The translations under genes were made by a program, and so were the position numbers. Source: Mustelus asterias (lineage: Eukaryota). Taken from it: 64,000 nucleotides of DNA. Positions 1-14,079 of the stretch are shown piece after piece. The notes under the pieces are model-generated. The model ran no database searches. It had not been told where the DNA came from and saw nothing but the letters and a program-made list of their open reading frames with translations. Each line of letters opens with the position of its first letter. The stretch's first letter is position 1. The stretch is from the NCBI RefSeq assembly GCF_964213995.1, contig NC_135813.1, positions 61,380,001 through 61,444,000 of the forward strand, written 5' to 3'.

Positions 1-780
1 GTTGCCTGTGTGCGGAAATTGCAGCTATGAGGAGAGATTGGATAGGTGAGTGGTGTTTTCAATAGAACAGAGGAGGATAAGGGTGGCCGAACTGAGATGC
101 ACGAAATTATGAGGGACCTTTACAGGGTAAACAGGAAAAATTTGATTCCCCCGATCAATTGCCAGAAGCATAGATTTACTTTGATTGGTAGAAAGATTAG
201 AGAGGACATGAGGAAAATGCTTTTCACACAAACCGGGCGGCACGGTGGCACAGTGGTTAGCACTGCTGCTTCACAGCTCCAGGGTCCCGGGTTCGATTCC
301 CGGTTCGGGTCACTGTCTGTGTGGAGTTTGCACATTCTCCTCATGCCTGCGTGGGTTTGCTCCGGTTTCCTCCCACAGTCCAAAGATGTGCGGGTTAGGT
401 TGATTGGCCAGGTTAAAAATTGCTCCTAAAATGCGTAGGTTAGAGGGATTAGCGGGTAAGTATGTGGAGGTAGGGCCTGGGTGGAATTGTGGTCGGTGCA
501 GACTCGATGGGCCGAATGGCCTCCTTCTGCACTGTAGGGTTTCTATGATTCTATGAAAACGTCATGCGTAACTGGAATTCACTGCCTCTTTTGGTGTTTG
601 AGGCTGAAATACTCAACTCATTTTAAAGGTGCCTGGATCTGAAGTGTTGGAACTTGCAGGGCCACAGACCAGCTGCTGGAAAATATCAATGAGCGGCTAG
701 TTTCTTTTTGATCTTTTTTAGCTGATACAGACACGATGAGCTGAATGGCCTCTTTCTGCAGTGTAAACTTTTCTCTGGTT
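1..780 (+). mobile_element. Decayed CR1 3' fragment interrupted by a SINE
   Basis: Degenerate SYEERL, FFTQ and WNSLP-coding segments and a CR1 tail on both sides of the SINE at 235-556. Confidence 0.65.
235..556 (+). mobile_element. tRNA-derived SINE (HE1/V-SINE type) with CR1-like tail
   Basis: A box GTGGCACAGTGG, B box GGTTCGATTCC, central TGTGTGGAGTTTGCACATTCTCC, (TTCTATGA)n end. Confidence 0.9.
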
Positions 781-1289
781 CTGGAGGCCAAACTTAGGGG
801 AAGTCTTTGGACTGCAAGATGTGTCGCCAAACCAGCCTGGAAAGATAAATGCGAAACATTGCGTGCTGGAAGCGGAAACTAAAACAGGAAATTCTGGGAA
901 ATCTCAACAGTTCCTGCAGCACTTGTGGAGAGAGAATAGAGACGATGTTTCCAGTCAGAACGACACTTCGACAGAGCAGAAGACAAGGAAAATCTGATAT
1001 GATTTACGTTGTGAGGGGGGAGAGGATGCTGTAATTGATAGGAATAATGGCATAAACAAAAAGGCAAAGCGAATGTGAATGATGATGAAGGAACGAATAT
1101 TGCTAAGAGTGTCCAATAAGATATCGGAATCTGCAAATGGCAGAACAAAACTGCAATGTATAGGAATGCGGCAGATGGTCCTCGTGGGCTGCAGCGGTGG
1201 GGGTGGGGAAGGGGGGAGAACAAAATGGAAAGTGAGGTTTTAGAAGTGGAAGAATAAAAATGAGAATATAGTAATAAAAAAGATGAATA

Positions 1290-2480
1290 TACTGAAAAGA
1301 AAAAATACAATAAATGTAAATGGAATGTGGGCTGAAGGGAAAGTTCATGCTCTGAAGTTGTTGAACTCAATGTTCAGTCCAGAAGACTGTAAAGAGCCTA
1401 ATCTGAAGGTGAGGTGCTGTTCCTCCAGTTTACGGAGTATCGCAAAAGGCCAAGGACAGCCATATGGAAAGGAGAACAGGGCCATGTGTGTTTTTATCCA
1501 TTCGTGTAATATGGGTGGCGCTAGCTGGCTAGCATTAATTGCCCAGTTCTAGTTGCGATTAAGAAAATGGTGGTGAGCCGCCTTCTTGAATCGCTGCAGT
1601 CCATGTGCCGGGGATTGAAATGGCAAGCGACGGGAACATCAGGGTCCTGCTCCTGGATGGACGGAAGGTGTTCTGCAAACCCGAACTGTGTTTGATTTCT
1701 CCAATATAGAATAGATCGTATTGGGAGCAGGACATGCAATAGACCAGATTAAAGGAGGTGCATGTGAAGCGCTGCTTCACCAGAAAAGAGTGTTTGGGCC
1801 CTAGGATGGTGACCAGGGAGGAAGTGAAGATGCAGGTGTTGCACCTTCTACGATTGCACAGGAAGGTGCCATTGATGGTGCACGAGTGTTGGGTGTGACG
1901 GAGGAGCGCACCAGGGTGTCCCGGAAGGAATGGCACCTGCGAAATGCTGTCATGCGTAGTGAGGGGAAGTTCTGTTGACTCGTGGCATCATGTTGCAGTT
2001 AGCTGAAATGACAGAGGATTATCCTTTCAACTTAGAGGCTGGTGGAGTGAAAGTGAGGACAATGGGGAACCTGCAGGGGAGAACAATGGTCCAGAAGATG
2101 GGTCAGACACAGTTGAATGCCCTGCCAACCACCGTGGGTGAAAAACCACGATCTGCAAAGTAGGAAGACATATCAACAGCGCCATTTTGGAAAGTGGCAT
2201 CATCAGAACAGATATGGTGGAAGCAAAGGACCTCTGAGAATGGAATGGAGTCGTTACAGGATGAGGGGTGGCGGTGCGAAGAGCTGTAGTCAAGGTAGTT
2301 TTTGGTGGCTGGGCTTTTAATGGATATTGATGGAGATTCTATCTCCAAAATTGGAGACAGGGAGGTCAAGGAAGGACAGTGAAATGTCAGAGATGGACCA
2401 TGTGTAGGTGATAGAGGAGGCGAAATTGGAAACGATGTTGATTTTTTTCCAGGTCCAGAGAAGGTCATTAAGCAGCACCG
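1290..2480 (-). mobile_element. Decayed Penelope-like element (RT C-terminus plus GIY-YIG)
   Basis: FTCTSFNLVYCMSCSQYDLFYIGE and YLDYSSSH...SIPFS motifs. Confidence 0.75.
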
Positions 2481-3286
2481 AAATAGTCATTGATGGACCG
2501 CGGGGCGGGGTGAGTTGGAGGGGGGAGGGGGAGGGGGACAGTATATCCAGTGGCGGCAACGCCCATCCCACCACCTTTCCGCCCACCCTGATCTCGCCGT
2601 CATACGGTGGGGAGCGGGCGGGTGCTAGAATCGGCAGACCGCCCGCCATTTTACAATGACAATTTAAGGTTCAATTCGGCTTGTTATCAGGCCTCTTGGT
2701 GATAATAATAAAAATGTCCACGCCGTCATACGCTTGTCATGGGCAGCAGGGCGAAAGAGGGAAGCCCGATTTGTAATGGTTAAAGCGGTAGGAAGGGAAC
2801 GGGTCGCTCTTCGGGGGCTGCCCTACGTCAATTACAGGGCATCCCCACCTCTTAGCTCATAATACCTTTACTTTTGCTCCCCTCTTACAAAGGCCGTCTG
2901 CCCCTCTCCGTGACGGTCCCAAACTCACCCGACCCAAGACTTCTGACAACGCTGCTCCGGCTACGAGGCCTTCTGCTTCACTCTTTGGCCACAGAGAAGC
3001 CAGCTGCCACTCACGTCCGTTTGGCCTTATCTGAACGAATGGAGCTGCCAGCCAGTCGCGCTGAGCGGCAGGTCCAGATGGTGCGACATCCGCCCGAATG
3101 GAGGACGGAAGGTAAAGTTGACACTCGGAAATAAGCGCTGCTCAATGTAGCTTGGCTTCACGCCGACATTTTGTTTCTGGGGGCGGTGACTTGTCCGAAC
3201 ACTCCCCACCCCAGCCCCCGCCCGCCGCGCACCTCGTATGTTTGAGCCAGAGCCTAGAAATCGGGCAGAAACATTTCCAAATTTTA

Positions 3287-3595
3287 AGGGTGGCAGAGTG
3301 GTTAGAACTGCTGTCTCACAGCGCCAGGAAGCCGGGTTCAACACCGGCCTCGGGTTACTGTGTGGAGTTTGCACATTCTCCCCGTGTCTGAGTGGGTTTC
3401 CTCCGGGTTCTCCGTTTCCCTCCCACAGTCCAAAGATGTGTGGCATATGTTGATTGCCATGCTAAATTGACCCTAGTGTCAGGGGGATTAGCAGGGTAAA
3501 TAATTGGGGTTACGGATATGGGGCCTTGGTGGGATTGTGCTTGGTGCAGACTCGACGGGCCGAATGGCCTCCTTCTGTAGCGATTCTCTCAATTC
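3287..3595 (+). mobile_element. tRNA-derived SINE
   Basis: Same head, body and tail as 235-556. Confidence 0.85.
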
Positions 3596-3599
3596 TTGA

Positions 3600-4290
3600 A
3601 AGAGATGAGAATCGGTTAAGTGATTGGACAAAATGCCAGATGAGAAATGTGGTGAAATGTACGATCGCTCACTTTGGCGGTGAAAATAAAATCGTAGAAT
3701 ATCATTGCAATGAAGAGATGCTGCGAAATGCTAGTATGCATAGGAATCTGTGTGTCCTTATACATGAATCGCGCAACGTTAGCGTCCAGATAGAGCAAAT
3801 AATTAGGAAATCAAATAGAATGTTAGCTTTAACCGCAAGTTGTTGGAGTGTAAATATAGGGAAGTCTTGCTACAACTGTTCCAAACATTGCTGAAACCAC
3901 ACTCTGAGTACTGTACACAGTTTTGATCTACTTAAGGAGGGATATGTCTTCACTAGAGACAGTTCAGAGACCGATTCATATATTGGTTTCTGGAATGAAT
4001 GTGAGGCCTTTGGAGGACAGGTTAGGCAGGTTGCGTTTACATACTGTGGAGATTTAAGGAATAAAAGATGGCCACATTGAACCACATAAGATTTGGAGGG
4101 ACCTGACAGATTATACTCTGCTAGGTTTACCCTTTTGTTTGGAGTTCAGAGCTAGGAGGCCCAGTGTTATCTAAGGGGTCTCCCACTTAATACAGTGATG
4201 GAGAGAAACTTACTTTCTCAGAGGATCGCTCGTGTTGGCATTCAGTATATCAGATAACGGTGGAGGCTGGGTCATTGAATACATTCAGAG
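3600..4290 (+). mobile_element. Decayed CR1 fragment
   Basis: RLSDW...KC...HFG motifs in ORF 3526-3894, followed by degenerate CR1 C-terminal sequence. Confidence 0.7.
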
Positions 4291-4870
4291 GACAGTTTGG
4301 TGATCAACAAATTTATGCTGCACATCAACATCCCTCCCCTACGTCATCAACACCCATATCTACATCCCTGTGTTCCCTTCTCCTTCATTTGCTGCTATTC
4401 CTGGATCTACACATAAGGCCGTACAAAATTATGGAAACCTCGTGCTGTAGTCGCCATTTCTATTCCTGGAAGTGCTGATGCTGCGATTAGAGACGTGTAT
4501 GACCATGTGCTTGAGATCAAAATACGCTGTATACTATAGAATCCAGACAGTTCGGAAACGTTTTCATCAAAATCCTTCATTTTCATTGATCATTAATTCG
4601 AATTTACCAGCAAATAATTTGTAACGTCATGTTACCATTGTATGCTGCAAGCAAATATATTGCTCCCATACCCTTTGCTGTTCTTTGTTACTTCAAAGTA
4701 CCGCCTGGTTCCCAGAGGTTGCCATGGTTGTACCCTTTATTATCCTGAGTCCGTTTCTACATTGATAATTGTACATCGATGCTGTAGATTGGTGAGCGAA
4801 TAACGCACTTCACTTAAATTTTTATTGTAACACAGCAACGATTATCGTGATCTCAGGCCACTTCCAAACT

Positions 4871-7472
4871 TTGAGGGTAAATCCACATCTGGTTGAGGGT
4901 AAATCCACATCTGGTATGTGGCAGTCTTTTAAGGAACGGTTGTTAGGGCTACAGGACAAGCATGTGCCTGTAAAAAAGAAGGATAGGAAGGGTAGGATTA
5001 GAGAACCGTGGATAACCAGGGAAATTGAGGGACTGGTCAAAAAGAAAAGAGAGGCATATGTTAGGTCCAAGCAGCTAAAAACGGAGGGAGCTCTGGAGGA
5101 GTACAATGAAAGTAGGAAAGTACCCAAACGGGGAATTAGAAGAGCAAAAAGGGGTCACGAAATGTTCTTGGCAGACAGGATTAAGGAGAATCCCAAGGCA
5201 TTTTATTCATATGTTAGGAACAAAAGGGTTGTTAGGGAAAAAATCGGACCTCTCAGGGACAAAAGTGGGGACTTATGCTTGGAGCCCAAAGAAGTAGGGG
5301 AGATCCTAAATGAATACTTTGCGTCGGTATTCACAAAGGAGAGGGATGTGTTGACTGGGAGTGTCTCTGAGGGGAGTGTTGAACCGTTGGAGAAAATCTC
5401 CATTACAAAGGAGGAAGTGTTAGGTTTGTTAGAGAGTATAAAGACTGACAAATCCCCAGGGCCTGATGGAATCTATCCAAGGCTGCTCAGGGAGACGAGA
5501 GGTGAAATCGTTGGGCCTCTGACGCAAATCTTTGTCTCGTCACTGGACGCAGGTGAGGTCCCAGAGGATTGGAGGATAGCCAATGTGGTCCCGTTATTTA
5601 AGAAGGGTAGGAAGGATAACCCGGGTAATTATAGGCCGGTGAGCTTGACGTCCGTGGTGGGGAAGTTGTTGGAGAAGATTCTTAGAGATAGGATGTATGC
5701 GCATTTAGAAAGGAATAAACTCATTAACGATAGTCAGCATGGTTTTGTGAGAGGGAGGTCATGCCTCACTAACCTGGTGGTGTTTTTTGAAGAAGTGACC
5801 AAAATGGTTGACGAAGGAAGGGCCGTGGATGTTGTCTATATGGACTTTAGTAAAGCGTTTGACAAAGTCCCTCATGGTAGGCTAGTGAAAAAGGTTGGAT
5901 CCCATGGGATAAAGGGGGAGGTGGCTAGATGGGTGGAGAACTGGCTTGGTCATAGAAGACAGAGGGTGGTAGTGGAAGGGTCTTTTTCCGGCTGGAGGCC
6001 TGTGACTAGTGGTGTACCGCAGGGCTCTGTATTGGGACCTCTGCTGTTTGTGATTTATATAAATGATCTGGAAGAAGGAGTAACTGGGGTGATCAGTAAG
6101 TTTGCGGACGACACAAAACTGGCAGGACTTGCAGATAGTGAGGAACATTGTCAGAGGCTACAGAAGGATATAGATAGGCTGGAAATTTGGGCAAGGAAAT
6201 GGCAGATGGAGTTCAATCCTGATAAATGCGAAGTGATGCATTTTGGTGGGAATAATGTAGGGAGGAGCTACACGATAAATGGAAGAACCATAAAGGGTGT
6301 AGAGACGCAGAGGGACCTGGGTGTGCAAGTCCACAGATCTTTGAAGGTGACGTCACAGGTGGAGAAGGTGGTGAAGAAGGCATATGGCATGCTTGCCTTT
6401 ATAGGACGGGGCATAGAGTATAAGAGTTGGGGTCTGATGTTGCAGATGTATAGAACGTTGGTTCGGCCGCATTTGGAATACTGCGTCCAGTTCTGGTCGC
6501 CACACTACCAGAAGGACGTGGAGGCTTTGGAGAGAGTACAGAGGAGGTTTACCAGGATGTTGCCTGGTATGGAGGGGCTTGGTTATGAGGAGAGATTGGG
6601 GAAACTGGGGTTGTTCTCCTTGGAAAGACGGAGGATGAGGGGAGACTTAATAGAGGTGTATAAAATTATGAAAGGTATAGATAGGGTGAACGGTGGGAAG
6701 CTTTTCCCCGGGTCCGTGGTGACGTTCACGAGGGGTCATAGGTTCAAGGTGAAGGGGGGGAGGTTTAACACAGATATCAGAAGGACATATTTTACACAGA
6801 GGGTCGTGGGGGCCTGGAATGTGTTGCCGGGCAAGGTGGTGGAGGCAGACACACTGGGAACGTTTAAGACTTATCTAGACAGCTATATGAACGGAGTGGG
6901 AATGCAGGGATACAAAAGAGTGGTCTAGTTTGGACCAGGGAGCGGCGCGGGCTAATTGTTCCTTGTTTCTCGTTTCAAGGCTTCATTCTATGATCATCTT
7001 GCTGGTGCCAGTACAGAGCGAGACTGCGGATAGTTGGGAACCTGTCTCGGGGGCAGGGAATTCATATGGTGTTCGTGGAAGTGGAAATGACTAGGGTTGG
7101 GAAGCATTTTCCGATCAGGGCCAGTGTGATCTCCTGGACTCGTTTCGATCGCCTCAGGGGGTCGGAGAGGAATTTCCCAGATTTTTTTTCCCCATATTGG
7201 CCCTGGGGTTTTCACTCTAGGTTTTCGCCTCTCCCTGGAGATCACATGGTCTGGAATGGGGGGGTGGGGGTGAGTTAATAGGTTGTGATGAACAAAGCAT
7301 CGTAGCTGTGAGGGACAGCTCGGTGGATAGGATATTGGTATGTAGATAGGCTGGAAAATTGGGCGGGGATCCTGGATTCAGGATTCAATCCTGGAAAGGG
7401 GAGCGGCGCGGGCTTGGAGGGCCGAAGGGCCTGTTCCTGTGCTGTATTGTTCTTTGTTCTTTGTTCTTGTTC
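4871..7472 (+). mobile_element. Young 5'-truncated CR1 LINE with uninterrupted ORF2 RT region
   Basis: 693-aa ORF 4847-6928 with KSPGPDG, NYRPVSLTS, DFSKAFDKVPH, GVPQGSVLGP, FADDTK; 3' end in (TTCTTTG)n-like repeats; 22-bp tandem duplication at the 5' junction (4871-4892 / 4893-4914). Confidence 0.95.
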
Positions 7473-7639
7473 AAATGGAAACAAATTAATTATGCTTCGG
7501 AACTCGAGCAAATGCCCCCAACAATATGACAGATAACCTGCTCATTCTGCCTATTGTTACTTAAAAATTGTTCCTTTATTCAATACTTTAATGAGTTATA
7601 CAAGCTGAAAGAATAAGATAATAGATCAAGGCACTGATT

Positions 7640-8440
7640 GTGTATGCAGGCCTGTATTGGCAGGTTAGGATAGTGTCAGTGTTAAAGTTGTATGTCTGTG
7701 AATGGCCTGTGTTCCTGTTTGCGTCTGGTACTATTTGCGCTGCATGGTGTTGGAATGTGATTGAAGACGGATAACGTCAATATGTATGGGGCGGGGCAGC
7801 GCCGTTGGTGCGCGGAAGTGGACCTTAGAGAATGGAAGGTATGTATTCCTGTTGGATAGTGGATGCGTCTCGGTTATGTCAGGTGGGAAGAATTTCTGGG
7901 CGCCGGGCTCGGCGACAGACTGTATGCGAAGTTGTGGGGTGGATGGTTAAGGGAGCAGTGGGGGCGCAGAGGCCTGTGTGAATGCTGATTCTGCATATGT
8001 AGAGGTGGGGGCAGATTTAGTGATTATGCCTGGAGGATACTCTTTGTGTGTGACCATGCATGTGTGGCCTGTGGGATGGGGGAGGGGGGAGTATGAAGTG
8101 TGCTTGCTTGTCCACGAGCCGAGCTTGTGTGTGTGAATTATTGTTAGTGTGGGTCAAGTGCGCGTGAGAATGATGGTGCTTCAGGGGTGGATTTACGTGG
8201 GGTTAGGGTAAGGGAGAATTCATCAGGAGACGGAGGGCTGTATGCAAAGCAGTCTTGATTGTGTGAGAGTATGTATGTGTGGCACAGTGATTTTGCAGAG
8301 TGGAATGCGTGGACCAGTTGATACGATTTGTTTGTGTGTGGCTGGCGCGTGTTAGTGCGCTGTGCCATATGTGTGCGTGGAGGTGGTGGTGGTCGTGGAA
8401 TACTGTGATGAAGGTATGGCTGGGGTTCGTGTGTTTGGAT
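7640..8440 (+). repeat. G/T-rich low-complexity tract
   Basis: Strong strand skew, degenerate GTGT/GGGG units. Confidence 0.6.
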
Positions 8441-9949
8441 GGATTAAATCAGTGCGAGAATGCCGCAATTTGAATGACTCAGCCGTCGTGAGCATCAAAA
8501 ATTCGGAAGCTCCGCTCCAAAGCGAGAAAGCGTCGAAATATAACATTTATCTATTTGTGGAATTCACTGATGCGATTATTTAATGTTAGAATAAATAAAG
8601 AGTTGCCCAGGTTTTCTTGTCCTCATACCTAGGTAAGCAAAGAGCAGAATGGATTATGATATTAACTGCCCTTAATACCAACGCCCCACCTCAATATCCC
8701 TCTTTGTGTCCCAAGTAAAAGCTGGTAGTTCACAACGTTCACACTCTTCTGTTCAATGACAAAGGTCAATCCTCAATGCGCGCACACAGTTTGCATCACC
8801 TCTGGGTGCGAGGCGACAGTTTGTCACGAGAGCGGGTAGAGCAATCTGGTATTTCCAAGCTTTCTACGATGTACAATATGGAACCCCCTCAGTGCTACAC
8901 TGAAATTGATGATATTTATTCTGTCAAATGCACTCAACATTCCAATCTAAAATTAAACTCAAATTGTGAGAATTAGTTTACAGAATGTTACCAAACGGTG
9001 TGCGCTTTACGCGATTGTGTTTTTAAAATGAGTGAGGTCGTCGGTTTGGGGCTGTGAGTCTTTAACTGAAAGGAAATCGAAAGCACTGAGGATTGAATAT
9101 GGAGATAGGCGATATTCAACGGTATGCTAGTAGCCGACTCTTCACAACAACTTGATCTCTCTTTCAAATCATAGAATCACAGAATCCCTACAGCTCAGGA
9201 AGAGGCCATTTGGCCCATTGAGCCTGCACCGACAACAATCCCACTCAGGCTCTATCCAAGTTACCCCACATATTTATCCTACTAAGCTCCCTGACATTAA
9301 GGGACAATTGAGCATGGCCTATTAGGTTCAGAACTCTATTCCAGTGCCCAGGTTGTGGCCATTCTACCTGAGCTTGCAAACAGAGTCCCCGCAAACAGAT
9401 CCCGGGGTCTCCCGGATTTCGACACTAATTGTAGTCGGTAAAAATACCTCTGAGACTTAGTCTGAGTCAAAATACATTAAGGTTTATTCTCACAAGCTTG
9501 CGGGAGAACTTGACTCCTGAAGGCGGAAGCCAAAGTTCGCCCTGAACACAGAAAAGTGGGGATATTTATGCAGCATGGCTTCTAATACCAGTCACGACTC
9601 AAACACCAGTTCAGTCATGACTCAAAAATACATTTACAGCCTCTGGTAATGAAACAAACTCCAGACCAGTCATAAACCAAAAATACATTTACAGCCTCTG
9701 ACCATAAACCAGAGTGTATCTGGTATTCTCAGGTCACGAAGCAGTCCTTGGTTGTCTGCATTAACCCTTTAGGTACAAAGTACATTGAGTACAAAAAAAA
9801 ATTATCCCTTTCCCTTCTTCAGAGTATAATGTGGGAAAGTGTAAATTTGCTCACTGAAACAGGAATATTTCTTAAAAATGATTATTGCATCAACAAAAAC
9901 ATCTCCATAGTTCTGTGGTTAAGTGGGATATAGATTTTTATTGCATGAG

Positions 9950-10820
9950 TGCCAAAAAATAGTCTGCAGACACAGAAAGTAAGTATGAAGGCTAATGGAA
10001 TTAGATCCTGTATTATGAGAGAAAATGAGAATATAAGTGAGGATGTTATGCTTCAGTTATACGGGGCATCAATAAGAGCCAATCTCGAATATTTTGTGCA
10101 GTTTTGGTCTCCTTATTTAAGGAAGGATGTGAATGCATTGGAGAAAGTTGAGATGCGGTTTAGTAGATTGATATCTAGATAGAGCGGGAGTCTTATAAAG
10201 AAAGGCTAGACAGACTGGCTTGTTTCCACTGGGATTTAGAAGAGTGAGGGGTGATTTGATTGAAGGATGTAAGATCATAGAATCATCGAATCCTAAAGTG
10301 CAGAAAGAGGCCATTCGGCCCATCGAGTCTGCACCAACCACAATCCCACCCAGGCCCTATCCCCATATATTTAGCCACTAATCCCTCTATCCTACTCCCC
10401 CCCGGACATTAAGAGGCAATTTAGAATGGCCAATCAATCTACCCCGCACATCTTTGGATCCTGAATGATCTTGACAGAGTGGACGTCGAAAGGATGTTTT
10501 CTCTTGTGGTTGAGTCCAGAACAAGGATCGCTGCTTTCAAACTAGATATCGCCTCTTTAGGACAATGGTGAGGAGAATGTTTTTTTTCGCTCAGAGTGTT
10601 GTACAACTTTGGAACGCTTTGCATCAGACGGCGGTAGAGGCGGGGTCATTGAATATTTTAAAGGCGGAAGTAGATAAGCTCTTGTTAGGCAAGAAAATCG
10701 GAGGTGATCAGGTATAGGTGGAAATTTAGAAGTTGATCAGCCATGATCTCATCAAATAGTGGAACAGGTTCGAGGGGCTGAATGGCCTACTTATATTCCT
10801 ATTTTATATGTTCATATAAG
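9950..10820 (+). mobile_element. Decayed CR1 3' fragment with nested partial SINE (10275-10460, -)
   Basis: LEYFVQFWSPYLRKDVNALEKV motif. Confidence 0.8.
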
Positions 10821-13800
10821 TCTATTCGGGGTGTTGTGATTAATTCATAAATATATGTCAGATAAACCTAATGGTTTCTTGGATCTGTTTTACTAAAGAA
10901 AATATCGGACACATAAGATAAAATAGTTGTCTTGACATAATGCCACGGTCACCAGAGTTGTGGACTGGGAATATCCTCAGGGATTTTTCCATTGCACAGC
11001 AATTTGTGCAGCTATTGCCTGTTCAGTGTTAAGATCCAGAACCAATTTCATTGCAGGGAGGTGGTGGCTAGTGGTATTCTCACTAGATTAGTAATCCAGA
11101 GACCCAGGATAATCCTAATCCATCCACGGCGGGTGGTGAAATTTGAATTCAATAAACATCTGGAATTTTTATGCTGGTTGTCGTAAAAGTCCATTGGGTT
11201 CACTAATGCCCTTTAGGGAAGGAAATCTGCCATCCTTATCTGGTCTGTCTTACAAGCGACTCCAGATGCACAGCAATGTGGTTGACTCTGACATGACCTC
11301 TGAAAATGAGCAAGCTATTCAGTTCAAGGGCAATTAGGGACGAATAATAAATGCTGGACCAACAGCGACGCCTCCACCCGATGGAAGAATAAAAGTTACC
11401 GCTGTAGAGTGGGAGGAGCTCAAGGAGATTGCTGGTAGATGTGGAAATGCTTCTTGCGTCGTGTAATTGCATACACATTGGAGTAGTCATTAGTGTGAAT
11501 CCAATGCAAGACGTATGCAGGATACTGGAGTTTAACAAAGAACGCTAAAATGCATCATGATATTGAAAAAAAAGCGAGGCAAGAAGCAAGCAGGAGTGCT
11601 TCGTTTAGTTGATTAACTCTCACATAACTTCACTGGATGTCTCACCAATACCATGACCATCCATTTCAAAAATTATGATGGTAGGCGTAGCATCTGAATC
11701 AAGTATCCTGGCAAGTCGGCGGGAAATGGGATGCAGGGACACGGCCGGTGCGGCTGGATTGTGGTGATGTTATTGGACTGGTATCCCAAGGCCCTGGATT
11801 AATGATCTAAAATACATTCTTTTAAATCTCACCTGCGCAAGCCCATTAAATAATTCTGAATTTTAAAGGAAATCTATATCAGTAATGGTGATAATAAAGC
11901 TGCCTGATTTTTATTAAAACCCATCTGCTTCTGCAAGGAAATGTATCATTCTTACCTGGTCTAACCGATATATCACTCCAGACCCAACACAGACTGATTG
12001 ATTGTTAATTTCCTTCTGAAATGGTTTAGTAATACATTAATTTCCATCATACTGCCAGGAAACAGTTTAATCAGAGTGCACCCAGCATCGATACAGGCAC
12101 TGGACACACAGCAAAGGCTCAGAAGTCCACCTTCAAATGTGCTTTTCAATAACTGGAGCCAATACTGGAAGAGCTGCCTCAAAAATAGACAACTAACTGT
12201 TATTTAAAAGTCCAAGGATCCTTCATTGCTATTATTGGGTACATCCACAGGCAAAAGAGACCCGCCAGAGATGGTATCACTGCAAGACATCGAGACGGAG
12301 TGACCTTGGGATCCCTGGACATTGACAATGGGCTCCATGAATTCTGCTTGTTGAATACGATCTACCGCCCTCCTTCAGGCGATGAATCAATACTCCTGTC
12401 TGAAACGCTGAGGATAACAAGGGTTCTGAATGCAATCTGGATGGGTATTTCCATTACCAAAGTGGCTCGGGAATATCATAACTTATCAAGTTGACTAAGT
12501 CCTGAAGTACGTAGATGCGAGATTGAGCTTATGTCAGCTGGCTTGAGAAGTAACATGAGGCAAAACCTATTCGATCTAGTCCTCGCTACATAGCTGCCAC
12601 AAGTGCATTTGCCCATAACAGTATCATGATGTGTACCAACGTACAGTTCTTGTGAAGATGATGTCTCGTCTTACGTTGGGACCGCCCTTCATCATATATA
12701 GCACTCACACATTGCTAATTGGGTAGATTCAGCACAAACTTAGCAACTCCAAACTGGACATTTTTTAGGCGCAATGGGCTATTAGCAGCAGCAGCAGTAG
12801 ACTTTTATTTCACCCGCAACCTGTAGCCTTATGGCCTGGCATATCCCCCATTCTATAATTAGCAACAAGCCATGAACCAACATTGGTCGAATCAGGAATG
12901 TGGGGAACCATTTCAAGAGCAGCAACAGGCATCCCAAAAGAAATGTCGATCTGATAAAGCTAAGGCAAGAACTATGTGCATTCTAAATTATGGAAGCACT
13001 AAGCTGTACTTAGAATTAAGTGATCACACTGATCAGATCCCACCTTTGCAGTCCTGCCATATCCAGTACTGAATGGTGGTGAACAATTCAATAACGGGAA
13101 GAAAGGTTCATGTACATTTCCTCAATAGTGAAGGAGCTCAGCTCGTGAGATCAAAAGGAAAGGCTAAAGCATATGAAACCGGAAGTGCCAAGTGGATGAT
13201 TCATCTCGGCCTAGTCCAGGCATTCCCTGCCGTCACGTATCAGACTTTAACTAATTAGGCTCACTCCATGAGATATCAAGAAATGTCATCCAGAAATGGA
13301 TACAGTAAAGGCTTTTCTCCCAACTACGTCCCGCTGTCGTGCTGAAGACATGTATCATAGAACTAGCTGAATATCTAGACCAACTGTTTCAGTACCTACC
13401 ATATATTAAGCTGATCTTTCTCTACACCCTAGCTATGACTCTCACACTATATTCTGCACCCTCTCCTTTCCTTCTCCCCTCTGTGCTCTATGAATGGTAT
13501 GCATGTATAGTGCGTAATAAACAATACCTTTCACTGTAGCCCAATACATGTGACAATAATAAATTAATTAATCAATCAATCAATCAATCAAAGTACAGAC
13601 ACAATGCTGGCAACTACTCGACAAACTAGAAAATTGGCCAGGTATGTCTTGTCCAGCTCATACAGGAGAAATCCAACTTAGCCAATTACCTGCCATCCGT
13701 CTATCCTCAATAATCAGCAAAGTGAGGCAATGTGTCGTTGACAATGTCATTAAATGCCAATCTTCTCAGTGATGTTCACTGGCTTCTGACAAGGCTAGCC

Positions 13801-13971
13801 TTTCCTCATAAGACAACCAGTTCATTTCTGGTATTAGTCTAGTAACTCTTTGAACTGCTTCCAACTCATTACATCCTTCCCGTTACTCCAGATGTGGTCT
13901 CACTGTCATTTCTCTTCCAGGAATGCCTTTCCTGACGAGGTACTGCTCTTCTCTCTGACAGAATTCCCATT

Positions 13972-14010
13972 GGCTCTGACGAAAGGTCATCCAGACTCGA
14001 AACGTTGGCT
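13972..14010 (+). ncRNA. Minimal hammerhead ribozyme motif
   Basis: CUGACGA (13976-13982), GGUC-aucca-GACU hairpin, GAAA (13999-14002), CGUU palindromic stem III. Confidence 0.55.
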
Positions 14011-14079
14011 CTATTCTCTCTCCACAGATGCTGTCTGACCTGCTGAGAGTTTCTAATATTTTCTGTTTTGTGGTCTCAT

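Noticed and set aside
235-310. tRNA genes at SINE heads; CACAGTG/CACTGTG heptamers in these heads as RSS
   Set aside because: The heads continue into SINE body and tail; no correctly spaced nonamer or adjacent gene segment.
9430-9777. Possible solo LTR (TGTA...TACA with internal direct repeats)
   Set aside because: No TSD and uncertain boundaries.
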